DNA of 64,000 nucleotides, taken from the IMG/VR virus record IMGVR_UViG_3300032770_000004, positions 79,375 through 143,374 of that record; one strand, given 5' to 3'. The DNA is from a virus. Below, piece after piece: positions 8,560 through 17,888 of the stretch. Position 1 is the stretch's first letter. Each line of letters begins with the position of its first letter. Below the pieces are notes generated by a model. It saw only the letters and a list, made by a program, of their open reading frames with translations. It searched no databases and was not told where the DNA came from. The position numbers and the translations under genes were made by a program.

Positions 8560-10404
8560 ATGTCCGAGAAAACCTATACAGTCGAAGAGCTTTTGGCCGC
8601 TTGGAAGAAGGTCGAGGCCGAGAAGATCCAGAAGTTCGAAGCAGAGCTAAAGATGCTCCGTGCTCGTGAGCTAAAGAAGGCACTCGTGCCTCCCCACAAG
8701 CATGACGAAGGCACCACTGCTAGTGGTGGTATTGAGGATGTTCCTTCGGACAAGATGACCGACAAGACAGAAGTTTCTGTTTCCGTCAGTGCTTCTGATG
8801 ATGATGGTGGATCCGTCAGTCGTTCGTTCAGCTTTGATACCAAAGACGCCAAGAAGGCCGAGAAGAAGGCCGAGAAGAAGGGTGCCATCTGCGCTAAGTG
8901 CGGAATGATGAAGTCCATGTGTAAGTGCAGCCTGATGAAGGATGTTGCTCCAAGCGGATTCATGAAAGCCATGGTCTCGGACGAAAAGGGCAAGCTTATT
9001 GATACCGGCAAGCGCGACGGTAGCAAGCTCGCTCATGATGCCAAAGAGAAGCAGTACAATGAAGGCACCGAGAGTGACCCGGGTTCTGGTGGAATCATTA
9101 CCAAGGGGCCCAAGGCCATTCGTAAGGCAGCTGCTCAAGGTGGCCCTGCTAAGACCAACACTAACGACGCCGCCAAGAAGATGGGGGCTCCCAAGCGTTC
9201 AGCTACTGAAATGCAGCCCGACTCAAAGCTTCCACAGGAACCCGAGAAGCTTAACACTCAGAAGGCTGAATTCCTTAGCAAGCCTCCCGTATCTGAAGCA
9301 CAGCGACGCGCGATGTTTGCCGCCGCTTCGGGACACAGCACTCTTGGTATCCCGAAGTCTGTAGGTAAGGAATTCTCGGATGCAGATCAGGGCGGAAAGC
9401 TTCCTGAGCACAAGAAGACCAAGAAAGACGAAGTGCCAATGGCAAAGGAACACATTGGTTTTGACAAGTTGAAGAACAAGCTTGCTCATAAGCCTGGGGT
9501 TTCTGATCCCGCTGCTGTAGCCGCTGCAATTGGCCGCAAGAAGTATGGTCAAGCAGAAATGAGTCGAGCTGCTCATGCCGGAAAGGCTGCCCATAAAGCA
9601 GAACCTCCAATGGCTAAGCCGCCTTCCGGAAAGAACATGGCTACGGCCGTTCCAACCAGCAAGCCGATGGCTGCCCCTAAGATGGGTATGATGAAAGAGG
9701 AAAAGGGTGCCGTAAATTCTGATCCTATCGAAAAGGCTGCTGATAAAGAATCCGTCTATCGCGAGCGATACGAGAAGGAACAGGCAGCCAAGCGTGCAGA
9801 AGCCGACAAGAAAGCTCATGCCGAACATGGCAAGATGAAAAATACCATTCGCAATCTTAGCCCCAATTCCCCCTTCAAGCGAGACCTTGCCGGTGGATCG
9901 CTTCGAGTGAACAAGGACGCTATCGCAGACGCAGGGCCGATGTCCGAAATGGCAGCTCCAGATTCGACTGGATATTCTATGCGATCAGAGCTTCCCATGA
10001 AGAAAGACTCGATGACCGAGACCAAGCCTATGGGTAAGCCGGGCATCTTTGGACGTCTCCATGGCGGAATGCATGCCGCAGGAAACGCGATGTCGAAACC
10101 TGCTGCTATGCCAATGGCCGCTCCCAAGCCTGCAATCCCTGCTATGGGTGCAGGTCCAGGACACGCTGCTCAGGCCCCAACTACTCCTGGTGCTATGGGA
10201 TCGCAAATCGCCAAACCTCTAGCTCCGATGCCAAAACTGAAGCCAGCTGCTGTTGCCGCAGGCGTCAAACAGTACGGACAAGGACTGCCAACAGCTCCAG
10301 GTGGTCCAGGCGCAGAAAAGACATCAGCAAGTCGTCCTTCTGCAATGACAACATCAATCAAAACCGCCCCGGCAACTGGAGCTACAGTGCCCGGGAAGAA
10401 GTAA
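8560..10404 (+). CDS. Low-complexity Lys/Ala/Pro/Met-rich putative internal head polyprotein
   Basis: Many hydrophobic-x-K-[ADSE] motifs; embedded small modules SEAQRRAMFAAA and GFDKL..DPAAVAAAIGRKKYG. Confidence 0.5.
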   Translation: MSEKTYTVEELLAAWKKVEAEKIQKFEAELKMLRARELKKALVPPHKHDEGTTASGGIEDVPSDKMTDKTEVSVSVSASDDDGGSVSRSFSFDTKDAKKAEKKAEKKGAICAKCGMMKSMCKCSLMKDVAPSGFMKAMVSDEKGKLIDTGKRDGSKLAHDAKEKQYNEGTESDPGSGGIITKGPKAIRKAAAQGGPAKTNTNDAAKKMGAPKRSATEMQPDSKLPQEPEKLNTQKAEFLSKPPVSEAQRRAMFAAASGHSTLGIPKSVGKEFSDADQGGKLPEHKKTKKDEVPMAKEHIGFDKLKNKLAHKPGVSDPAAVAAAIGRKKYGQAEMSRAAHAGKAAHKAEPPMAKPPSGKNMATAVPTSKPMAAPKMGMMKEEKGAVNSDPIEKAADKESVYRERYEKEQAAKRAEADKKAHAEHGKMKNTIRNLSPNSPFKRDLAGGSLRVNKDAIADAGPMSEMAAPDSTGYSMRSELPMKKDSMTETKPMGKPGIFGRLHGGMHAAGNAMSKPAAMPMAAPKPAIPAMGAGPGHAAQAPTTPGAMGSQIAKPLAPMPKLKPAAVAAGVKQYGQGLPTAPGGPGAEKTSASRPSAMTTSIKTAPATGATVPGKK

Positions 10405-10425
10405 TCTCTCGATTCGAGGACACAA

Positions 10426-12945
10426 ATGGCTAAGAGCTTAGTTACAGACGCCGGAACGCTAATCATCCCAGGCGCTTATGCAAAGTACAAGGTCGTATCG
10501 AACCCCTCTGGGCTCTCGACTACTGGCGTACTCATGCTCGTTGGTGAAGCCGACGCAGGCCCTGATTATACACTAGAAGCCGATCTCGAAGAGAACGCTT
10601 TCGGTCCTGATCAGCTCGCTGATGTCATCACGAAGTACAAGTCTGGTCCGTTAGTAGACGCTATGCGCTCTGCTGTCGCTGCCGCAAATGATCCTGATAT
10701 CGTCGGTTCGTTCAACCGTGCCATTCTAGTAAAGACTAATGTCTCCACTAAGGCCAGCGGAACCCTTCCTAAGGTTGGTGGTGGTACATACTCCGTAATC
10801 GCTGACCTAAGCTATGGAAAGCTTGGCAACCAGATTCTTTACCAGACCGTTCAAGCTCAAGCAGAAGTTGTTCCTTCAACGGGCGCTTTCACCTACATTC
10901 CTAACGCCGGAAGCGTTCAGTCCAGCTGGCGTGTAAATGGTGGTACTGCGGATTCACAGCTCTTCAACGCCAACGAATCGCCTTCCGCTTTTGTCACTGC
11001 TGTCGGTGCCCTTACAGGTCTCGCTGCTAGCGGCGGCGTGAATCGCGGTATCATTTCAGTCTCTGGGACCCTAGCGGTTCAGGCTGATCCTCCTGGAACC
11101 AATCTCCAGACCATTCTGCTGACTCGTTCTGTCAACTGGACGGTTCTCCCGGTTGTTGGCGATACTCTCATCATTCCTACCGGATCTGTAATTGCCGGTG
11201 GCAGCAATGTTAACGTCGGAGCTTATGTCATCACTGCCGTAACTTCTGCTACCTTGACTGCCGTCAAGCTCAGCGATGCCGGTAGCGGTGCTGCTGTCCC
11301 TGGTGTAGTTACCAACCCCGCTAACGTTTCGGCCGTTTCAATCGCAGCTGTAACTGATGCACAGGCTTGGAGCCCGGTGACAATTTCACTCACTGCCGCT
11401 ACGTCAATCAGTGGCGTCGGTAAGTCTCTTGAAATCTCGGAAGAGGCTGGTGGAACTGACCTTCTATCGCGCATGTTCTACGAGCTTGGAACTACTACGC
11501 CTGCTACCTACATCAGCAAGACCGGCGCTCCCCAGCTTCTGGTTAGCGCTGCTGAACGCGAAGTAACACTCAACACCAGCCGCTCTTCGGATTCGGTCAC
11601 TGAGTCTATCACTGCTGGTGGCGACATCGTTCTCAAGCTTTCGTACACTGGTACGACTGCTACTGTCACCATCACGCCGACCACCCTTACTACAACCGTC
11701 ACTGGCGGTACGGGCGGCAATCTATCTCTGACGTTGGCTGATTACGCCACCGTTTCGGACATGGTCACTTACATTAACACCCAGACCGGCTATACAGCTT
11801 CGGTTGGTACGGTGGCTCTTGGCTTCCTACCTCCTTCCGCTTTGGATCAGGTCGTGGCAGCCGGTATCTGCTCGGATTGGGGTGCCCAGAATGGTCGTAT
11901 CAAGGCCAATGCCTACGAATTCTACACTGCGGTTTCGCAGAACAGTGTTCTAGTGCAGATTGGTAATCCCGCAGCCCAACCCGCTCTTGGCCTACCCGAT
12001 GTCATGTCGGCTCCAGCTCTGTTGACGGGTGGTGGTCGTGGCGGAACTTCTGATACTCAGATTTCGAACGCGCTTCTCGCTCTTGAAGCTGTACAGGGCA
12101 ACTTCCTTGTGCCTCTCATTTCGCGAGACGCTACTCTAGACATTGCAGACGGTTTGACTGATAGTTCGTCAACCTATACCGTAGCTGCGACGCACGCGTC
12201 GTCGCTTAGCCATGTGCTTAAGCTCTCGACATTCAAGCGTCGTCGTAATCGTCAGGCCTTCCTGTCGATTGACTCGGACTTCACTACCAGCAAGAACACC
12301 GCTGCAAACATTGCCTCTTGGCGCTGCTCGATGACTTTCCAGGACTTCAAGCAGGTTGGTGGAGACGGATCCATTACTCAGTTCCAGGCATGGATGGGAG
12401 CTGTACTGGCCGCATCGATGCAGGCAGCTGGATTCTACAAGAACATCGAGTTCAAGGGAATCAACACGAGCGGAATCCTCTCGCGTGCCGGTGACTTCGA
12501 TGACCGTAACGACAGCCAGCTCGAAGATGCACTCGAATCGGGCCTCATGCCCGCCAAGCGTGCTCTGACTGGTGGTTACATCTGGGCTAGCGATCAGACT
12601 ACTTACGGACGCGACAACAACTTCGTCTTCAACAGCGTTCAGGCTGTTTATGCGGCCGACACCGTGTCTCTAACAACCGCTCAGCGAATGGAAACCGCTT
12701 TCGCTGGTCAATCGGTAGCTGACATTAGCCGTCCCGTTGCTCAAGCGTTCCTTGAAAGCATCATGGCCGACATGCTTCGTTTGAAGCTAATCGCCCCCTC
12801 CGATGATGCCCCCAAGGGCTTCAAGAATCCGAGCATTAAGATCATCGGTAACGCCATGTTGGTGTCGGTCGAAATCAAGCTCGCAACGGCTATTGATTTT
12901 ATTGCAATAGATTTTTTGGTAGCTCCGGTTGTGCAAGCCGCATAA
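10426..12945 (+). CDS. Contractile tail sheath protein
   Basis: IIPGAY N-terminus, LVGEADAG, sheath-type C-terminus (VSVEIKLATAIDFI); 839 aa; lies upstream of the tube gene. Confidence 0.9.
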   Translation: MAKSLVTDAGTLIIPGAYAKYKVVSNPSGLSTTGVLMLVGEADAGPDYTLEADLEENAFGPDQLADVITKYKSGPLVDAMRSAVAAANDPDIVGSFNRAILVKTNVSTKASGTLPKVGGGTYSVIADLSYGKLGNQILYQTVQAQAEVVPSTGAFTYIPNAGSVQSSWRVNGGTADSQLFNANESPSAFVTAVGALTGLAASGGVNRGIISVSGTLAVQADPPGTNLQTILLTRSVNWTVLPVVGDTLIIPTGSVIAGGSNVNVGAYVITAVTSATLTAVKLSDAGSGAAVPGVVTNPANVSAVSIAAVTDAQAWSPVTISLTAATSISGVGKSLEISEEAGGTDLLSRMFYELGTTTPATYISKTGAPQLLVSAAEREVTLNTSRSSDSVTESITAGGDIVLKLSYTGTTATVTITPTTLTTTVTGGTGGNLSLTLADYATVSDMVTYINTQTGYTASVGTVALGFLPPSALDQVVAAGICSDWGAQNGRIKANAYEFYTAVSQNSVLVQIGNPAAQPALGLPDVMSAPALLTGGGRGGTSDTQISNALLALEAVQGNFLVPLISRDATLDIADGLTDSSSTYTVAATHASSLSHVLKLSTFKRRRNRQAFLSIDSDFTTSKNTAANIASWRCSMTFQDFKQVGGDGSITQFQAWMGAVLAASMQAAGFYKNIEFKGINTSGILSRAGDFDDRNDSQLEDALESGLMPAKRALTGGYIWASDQTTYGRDNNFVFNSVQAVYAADTVSLTTAQRMETAFAGQSVADISRPVAQAFLESIMADMLRLKLIAPSDDAPKGFKNPSIKIIGNAMLVSVEIKLATAIDFIAIDFLVAPVVQAA

Positions 12946-12952
12946 GGTTTGA

Positions 12953-13411
12953 ATGAGTACTAAGACTTACTACGAAACGCACAAGGAAGAGATCAAGGCA
13001 AGGTCGCGCGCTTGGTATTGTGCGCATAAAGATGAAGCTGCTATTCGTAAGAAGGCCTATCACCTTAAGAACCTTGAAAAGGCCAAGGCAGATCAGAAAG
13101 CTTGGCGTAATGACAACAAGGATCGGATTCGCGGTAATCTATTGAAGCGAAAGTATGGAATTACTTTCGAACAGTACAAGGAGATGTTCGAAAAGCAAGA
13201 CGGTAAATGTGCCGTCTGTGAAGCGCCCGGAGCACTCCTAAATCAGTACGGGAAGGTCGGCCTTCATGTGGATCATAACCACGTGACTGGACAGGTCAGG
13301 CAACTTTTGTGCTCCAATTGCAATACAGCACTTGGATTGCTGAAAGAATCGCCAGACACGATCCGGAAACTACTGAGTTACGTCGAACGTAATTCGGAAA
13401 AAGTGGAGTAA
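12953..13411 (+). CDS. Endonuclease VII-type HNH homing endonuclease
   Basis: KYGIT..QDGKCAVC..LHVDHNHVTGQVRQLLCSNCNTALG. Confidence 0.9.
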   Translation: MSTKTYYETHKEEIKARSRAWYCAHKDEAAIRKKAYHLKNLEKAKADQKAWRNDNKDRIRGNLLKRKYGITFEQYKEMFEKQDGKCAVCEAPGALLNQYGKVGLHVDHNHVTGQVRQLLCSNCNTALGLLKESPDTIRKLLSYVERNSEKVE

Positions 13412-13417
13412 TATCAT

Positions 13418-13891
13418 ATGCCCGCACGCACTATGCATGGCGCCAGAGCTAAGGTGTTCATCGCCGATCCCAACAGCGGCAAGCCCCAGCTCGTCGGTAT
13501 TTTCAACAACGTATCATGGGGTCTAACCTATGATGTTCAGCCAGTGAACATTCTCGGACGCTTCTCGCCCGATGAACTCGTTTACACTGCACAAGAGCCT
13601 GTGACGGTTACTGCCTCTGGTTTCCGTGTAGTCAACTCTGGTCCTCATGTCATCGCCAAGGTTCCGAATCTGGTGGACCTTCTGACACACGAATACATCG
13701 AATTGTCGATTAGCGACCGTCTTAACCCCGGTCTTGATATCGCCCGCATTCACCACGTTCGCCCAACAGGCTACAGCACCACCCTCTCTGCCCGCGCGCT
13801 CGAAGAAGTCACCGTTACGTTCATGGGTCTACTTGTTGACGACGAAAGCACGACTAATACTGAAGCTCCTGACGCTGCTACACTTCCGTAA
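13418..13891 (+). CDS. Tail tube protein
   Basis: 157 aa after the sheath; HGARA..VQPVNILGRFSPDEL tube-like motifs. Confidence 0.8.
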   Translation: MPARTMHGARAKVFIADPNSGKPQLVGIFNNVSWGLTYDVQPVNILGRFSPDELVYTAQEPVTVTASGFRVVNSGPHVIAKVPNLVDLLTHEYIELSISDRLNPGLDIARIHHVRPTGYSTTLSARALEEVTVTFMGLLVDDESTTNTEAPDAATLP

Positions 13892-13919
13892 CATTCTGTA
13901 ATTAACTTTTACCCTCATT

Positions 13920-13950
13920 GGGCTACATGGGAGACCATGTAGCCCTTTTT
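13920..13950 (+). terminator. Intrinsic terminator after tail tube
   Basis: GGGCTACATGG-GAGA-CCATGTAGCCC-TTTTT: perfect 11-bp stem, GNRA loop, U-tract. Confidence 0.9.
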
Positions 13951-13959
13951 ATTACCATC

Positions 13960-13988
13960 TTGACCGAATACCACGATTCTGCTAGAAA
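13960..13988 (+). promoter_or_regulatory. Putative sigma70-type promoter of the kinase cluster
   Basis: TTGACC-17 bp-TAGAAA with TG extension, 8 nt before the ATG. Confidence 0.45.
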
Positions 13989-13996
13989 CTGGTGGC

Positions 13997-14533
13997 ATGA
14001 AAGTGCTCGGCAAATTTTTGAACAATGGTGCCTATAAGAGGGCTCACGAGATCGAAGGTTTCCCTAAGCAGGTGGCCTTGGTCATTGGTGGTTATCACGC
14101 TCGCCTATCTGACAAACAGCAATTCGAATTTTTGAAGGGGGAACACAGGCGACTGAGCATGTTGCGTCACGCTGGCGTGCCTACTATGAAGGCGCGAATC
14201 ATGCGCGTTTACAATCCGCACGAGAACAGGGAACAGTGGGCACTGATCATGTCCAAAATGAAGGCGTCCCTTCACGACCTTGGCGGGGTCCACGCGCTCA
14301 CTCTTAAGCAGTGGGCATCGTTTCTGAAGACCTTGCGCTGCCTCGCCAAGAGCAATCTGATTGTCCTAGACCTTCAATTCCTCGTGGGAAAGGACAAGGT
14401 AGTGGTCAATGATCCATCTGATGTCACCGTTCCTCCGAGCGACAACGAGGCCCCCAGGAATTGGGACGCGCGCGTCCACCGCGCCGAACAGCAATTCAAA
14501 TTTCTTTATCCCGATCAGGAGATCCCCCGTTAA
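13997..14533 (+). CDS. Minimal atypical protein kinase, HopBF1-like, paralog 1
   Basis: NNGAYK loop, E..RL..L...GVP, DLQFL, NDP. Confidence 0.65.
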   Translation: MKVLGKFLNNGAYKRAHEIEGFPKQVALVIGGYHARLSDKQQFEFLKGEHRRLSMLRHAGVPTMKARIMRVYNPHENREQWALIMSKMKASLHDLGGVHALTLKQWASFLKTLRCLAKSNLIVLDLQFLVGKDKVVVNDPSDVTVPPSDNEAPRNWDARVHRAEQQFKFLYPDQEIPR

Positions 14534-14536
14534 ATT

Positions 14537-15118
14537 ATGTCAAAACCATATGTATTAGTAGGGGAGCCACTTGGTGGCGGCGCCTATAAGGACTGCTATG
14601 ACATTGTGCAGGCTCCCGATTACGTGGCGCTCGTTCAGGCAGGTGGTGGTTCTGCCCAAAATGCCTTCGGAGGGTGTAAGTATCTTGCTCGCGAATTGGC
14701 TGGTCTGAAGAAGCTCGCAAAACTGGGTCTTCCTGTTTTGGAGGGCAAAATTAGGCGGGTGATCCTCAAAGGTGAACCCGGCGAACCGATTCGTCACAGT
14801 AAGGTGTGGGCTATTGTCGCGCCCAAATACGAATACTGGTGGTATGATGGCGGCGCATTCCCGAAGAAGCTTAAGCGTGGCCATTTCAAGGAACTTTTGA
14901 GGATCTATCGTACGCTCGAAAAGAACAAGGTAATCGTCAACGACCTCCAATTTCTCGCTAGAGGTACCGATGATGTTGTGATTGCTGATCCGCTTTCGAT
15001 AGGCCATCAATACGACAGCGGTTTTTATAGGGATGATATCCGGAGAATCACCAAAAGAATCAAAAACTTGGTAAGGAAAAAGAAAAATGGGAAAGGCAAG
15101 GCTCCTAAGAACAGGTGA
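14537..15118 (+). CDS. Minimal atypical protein kinase, HopBF1-like, paralog 2
   Basis: LGGGAYK, E..GL..L...GLP, DLQFL, ADP. Confidence 0.7.
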   Translation: MSKPYVLVGEPLGGGAYKDCYDIVQAPDYVALVQAGGGSAQNAFGGCKYLARELAGLKKLAKLGLPVLEGKIRRVILKGEPGEPIRHSKVWAIVAPKYEYWWYDGGAFPKKLKRGHFKELLRIYRTLEKNKVIVNDLQFLARGTDDVVIADPLSIGHQYDSGFYRDDIRRITKRIKNLVRKKKNGKGKAPKNR

Positions 15119-15614
15119 AATCCTCGGCACTGGCTGCTACAAAATCTGTTACGCTTTGGGGGGCGAGAAGAGCGGCAAGGCTGTGTTGCTAAATCGCTGG
15201 AATGAACACGATTCATCCCATACTCGTATGCTTTCTAAAAGAGAGCGTCCGTATCTACAGACTTTGCGCAAAGCAGGAGTACCTGTCATCAAGTATCAAG
15301 AGAGGCGCATACGCCATAAGGGAAAGATCACCATCGGCCTCGTCTGCAAGCGGTATGATTTTTCGTTCAAGGGGATGTGGCGAGTAGATCAGCTTAAAGA
15401 GGTTCATCTCTCGTCTCTTCAAAAAATTCGCGATAGCCTTAAGAAGGCGAATCTAAAGGTCACCGATCTCCAATTCTTGGCTACCAATTCTGGAGAAGTA
15501 GTGGTAGCTGATCCACTTAATGTCAGGAAACACGCTGAACATTTTGACACAGCCAGTTGGACTGACGTCCAAGGCTTTATCGATGCCATAACCAAAAGGG
15601 AAAAGGTCGCATGA
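15087..15614 (+). CDS. Minimal atypical protein kinase, HopBF1-like, paralog 3
   Basis: LGTGCYK, E..YL..L...GVP, DLQFL, ADP. Confidence 0.7.
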   Translation: MGKARLLRTGEILGTGCYKICYALGGEKSGKAVLLNRWNEHDSSHTRMLSKRERPYLQTLRKAGVPVIKYQERRIRHKGKITIGLVCKRYDFSFKGMWRVDQLKEVHLSSLQKIRDSLKKANLKVTDLQFLATNSGEVVVADPLNVRKHAEHFDTASWTDVQGFIDAITKREKVA

Positions 15615-15820
15615 TCGGCTACATTAGGAATACCCCACACGCGCTTATGGAGCTGGTAGGCATCAGACCCCTACCTGAGGCTCCAGGTGTTGAATATCAC
15701 GTCGTATTGGCCTGTTCTGGCGATCCTAGGGCCATTGCCGGTGCCACACGTCTCTTGGGAGTAGACCTACTATCGCCAGAATACGTTTATGAACGGAATG
15801 TCATCAAGTTAGGTAAGTAA
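15611..15820 (+). CDS. Hypothetical protein
   Basis: ATGA overlap with kinase 3. Confidence 0.55.
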   Translation: MIGYIRNTPHALMELVGIRPLPEAPGVEYHVVLACSGDPRAIAGATRLLGVDLLSPEYVYERNVIKLGK

Positions 15821-15831
15821 TCTTACTTGAC

Positions 15832-16113
15832 ATGGCACCTAAGCTCAATGAGTCTACATACGAACTTATCGATAGTCACGAAGGTCGATTGCAGCGCGTA
15901 GAAAGTACCGTTCAGGCTTTGGCAGTTGATGTCAAAGAGATCAGCGTCAAGCATGACGTGACCCAGGCGACCGTCGAGAAGGGGTTCGCTCAGATTTCTG
16001 AGATCCAGAAGAAGAAGCTAGAATGGCGCAGCAGCCTTGTTTCTGGAATCATCATAACCATAATCGGCGCCGCTATTTCTTTGGGTCTTGAAAGGCTCAT
16101 TGTCCACCACTAA
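15832..16113 (+). CDS. Coiled-coil + C-terminal TM protein (holin/antiholin-like)
   Basis: Heptad N-terminus, hydrophobic GIIITIIGAAISLG; TAATCT 8 nt upstream. Confidence 0.55.
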   Translation: MAPKLNESTYELIDSHEGRLQRVESTVQALAVDVKEISVKHDVTQATVEKGFAQISEIQKKKLEWRSSLVSGIIITIIGAAISLGLERLIVHH

Positions 16114-16358
16114 TGAACTTTCCAAAGAAGATCGAGAAGACACTCGTCTTTGCTTGGTCTAGCATATTGATGTTCGTGGTGATCCTGTTGGCTCAGTACC
16201 TTCCAGCAGTGAGCGCGCTGTACGGTACTTTTGTTACAGGTCTTGTCGGTCTAGCCACGGCATTCTTCGCCGGGCATGTCAGTGCCCAATGGGTTTCTTC
16301 TAAGACTGCTGACCGATCTGACCGACCCCCTGAACACGGGCCAAAAGTCGAGCCCTAA
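16113..16358 (+). CDS. Two-TM holin-like protein
   Basis: Two hydrophobic helices, charged tail, TAATG overlap. Confidence 0.55.
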   Translation: MNFPKKIEKTLVFAWSSILMFVVILLAQYLPAVSALYGTFVTGLVGLATAFFAGHVSAQWVSSKTADRSDRPPEHGPKVEP

Positions 16359-16968
16359 AGTCATCATCGTTCTCGTTGATTGTTCTGGTTAAGCCGACAA
16401 ATTCATGGCCTATAGCTTCTAGCTCTTCGCCAGTAGCCTTCTTTAGGCTTGGATATGTCTCGGTAATGGTGTTGAAGGGAATTTCCAGAAACTCAATGAG
16501 GTGCTGATGATAGCCCTTAGTTCCAATGAAGAATTGAGTTGGATAATTATTGAGACTGGTGGCTACGGGATAACTGATGTACGTATATTCAATGCGTTGA
16601 AGCGGCTGTGTCATTCTATTCAGATTTGGAAAAAGTTCTTGTTCTGTGAGTTCTCTTTCGATGTCTTCGAATAGATGATCAGTAGTATAGTTTGGACCAT
16701 CAGTTTCAGCTATAATGAACATGCCGCCGTTTGAAATCCACCAAGTCGAAACTAGTCCTAGATAGCCAATTTCGCGGCGAGTCGTTGCCGGATTCATGAC
16801 CTCAGACAGCCTTCGCTTGAAAATTAGGTTTGATTGGCGTGTATCTAGCTCAATTCTAAGGCCACCATTCAGACTTAGGAACTGATCTACCAAGATGGAG
16901 TCCTTGGCACTTTCGTAAGCTTTCAGTTGTAGCCAGGATGGATCTTCTTGTGGTGGAAGAGGGAACAT
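16300..16968 (-). CDS. Hypothetical protein with C-terminal baseplate-wedge-like helical motif
   Basis: ATGEELEAIG..VGLTR..ENDDDFRARL. Confidence 0.5.
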   Translation of the reverse strand: MFPLPPQEDPSWLQLKAYESAKDSILVDQFLSLNGGLRIELDTRQSNLIFKRRLSEVMNPATTRREIGYLGLVSTWWISNGGMFIIAETDGPNYTTDHLFEDIERELTEQELFPNLNRMTQPLQRIEYTYISYPVATSLNNYPTQFFIGTKGYHQHLIEFLEIPFNTITETYPSLKKATGEELEAIGHEFVGLTRTINENDDDFRARLLARVQGVGQIGQQS

Positions 16969-16972
16969 CCTC

Positions 16973-17086
16973 TCATTTTACCATAGACTCTGGAAGCGGC
17001 AATTGAGGCTGTGGCTTCAGACGCTCGCGTTCTTGGCGCTCTTTTTCGCGGCGAATCAACTCATCGATGATCCATGCAGGAAGCAT
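16973..17086 (-). CDS. Small protein, 37 aa (MLPAWIIDELIRREKERQER...), not in ORF track
   Basis: Translated by hand; GTAATCT lies 7 nt upstream on the minus strand. Confidence 0.6.
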   Translation of the reverse strand: MLPAWIIDELIRREKERQERERLKPQPQLPLPESMVK

Positions 17087-17141
17087 ATGAAGTAGATTAC
17101 ACCAAACCAAATCAGATTACTAGCCCGATAATCTAGCCTCT

Positions 17142-17888
17142 ATGCGCCTTATTCCGTTCCTGCTCCTAGTTATCATGGGCTGTTCAAGCACCATGGCTTC
17201 CGTAACGCCTAATGATCCAGCAATACCAGTTCTGCCTCCGTTTTCAGTACAAAGTACTGAACCAACTGATCCCGGTCCAACTCCTTCACTCGTAGAACCT
17301 AAACGAGATGCTGATGACAAACCACTCGTAGCTACTGTGTACTTCGAGGGCGACATTGGCCCAGAGGCAGTTAGAATCTTTGCCCAGCTCGTAGATGAGG
17401 TCCAGGCAAAAGATGTGGATTATTTGATTATTGACATCAGCAGCCCAGGTGGCGATGTCGAAGCTGGATACACCATTTCCAAGATGATCGAAATGTCACC
17501 TGCCAATATTGTCTGTGTAGTAGATGGAGAAGCCGATTCGATGGCATTCTTCATTCTTCAGAGCTGTGATCAGCGTTACATGACTAAGCGCAGTGTATTG
17601 ATGATCCACAATCCTGCATTCCAGGTTCATCCAAACGAACCTGAATATCCAGACTACTATAACAACAAGGCGGACTTTGCCAATGCTTCAGCAGATGCTC
17701 TGCTGGAACATGAGTCTTCAAAACTGAAGATCTCCAAGACCGAACTCGCCTCGCACATTCAAGGCTCGCGACAGTGGTGGTTAAATTGGAAGAAGGCCGA
17801 TGAAATTGGAGCTGTTGATGGCACAGTCAAGAGCGTTCAAGATGTGGCCAAAGACCTTCGAGCTGGCAAGAATGTTCACTTCGAATAA
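17142..17888 (+). CDS. ClpP/crotonase-fold serine protease with lipoprotein-like signal
   Basis: ISSPGG, ADSMA (Ser), MIH (His); N-terminal MRLIPFLLLVIMGC and Pro-rich linker. Confidence 0.8.
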   Translation: MRLIPFLLLVIMGCSSTMASVTPNDPAIPVLPPFSVQSTEPTDPGPTPSLVEPKRDADDKPLVATVYFEGDIGPEAVRIFAQLVDEVQAKDVDYLIIDISSPGGDVEAGYTISKMIEMSPANIVCVVDGEADSMAFFILQSCDQRYMTKRSVLMIHNPAFQVHPNEPEYPDYYNNKADFANASADALLEHESSKLKISKTELASHIQGSRQWWLNWKKADEIGAVDGTVKSVQDVAKDLRAGKNVHFE

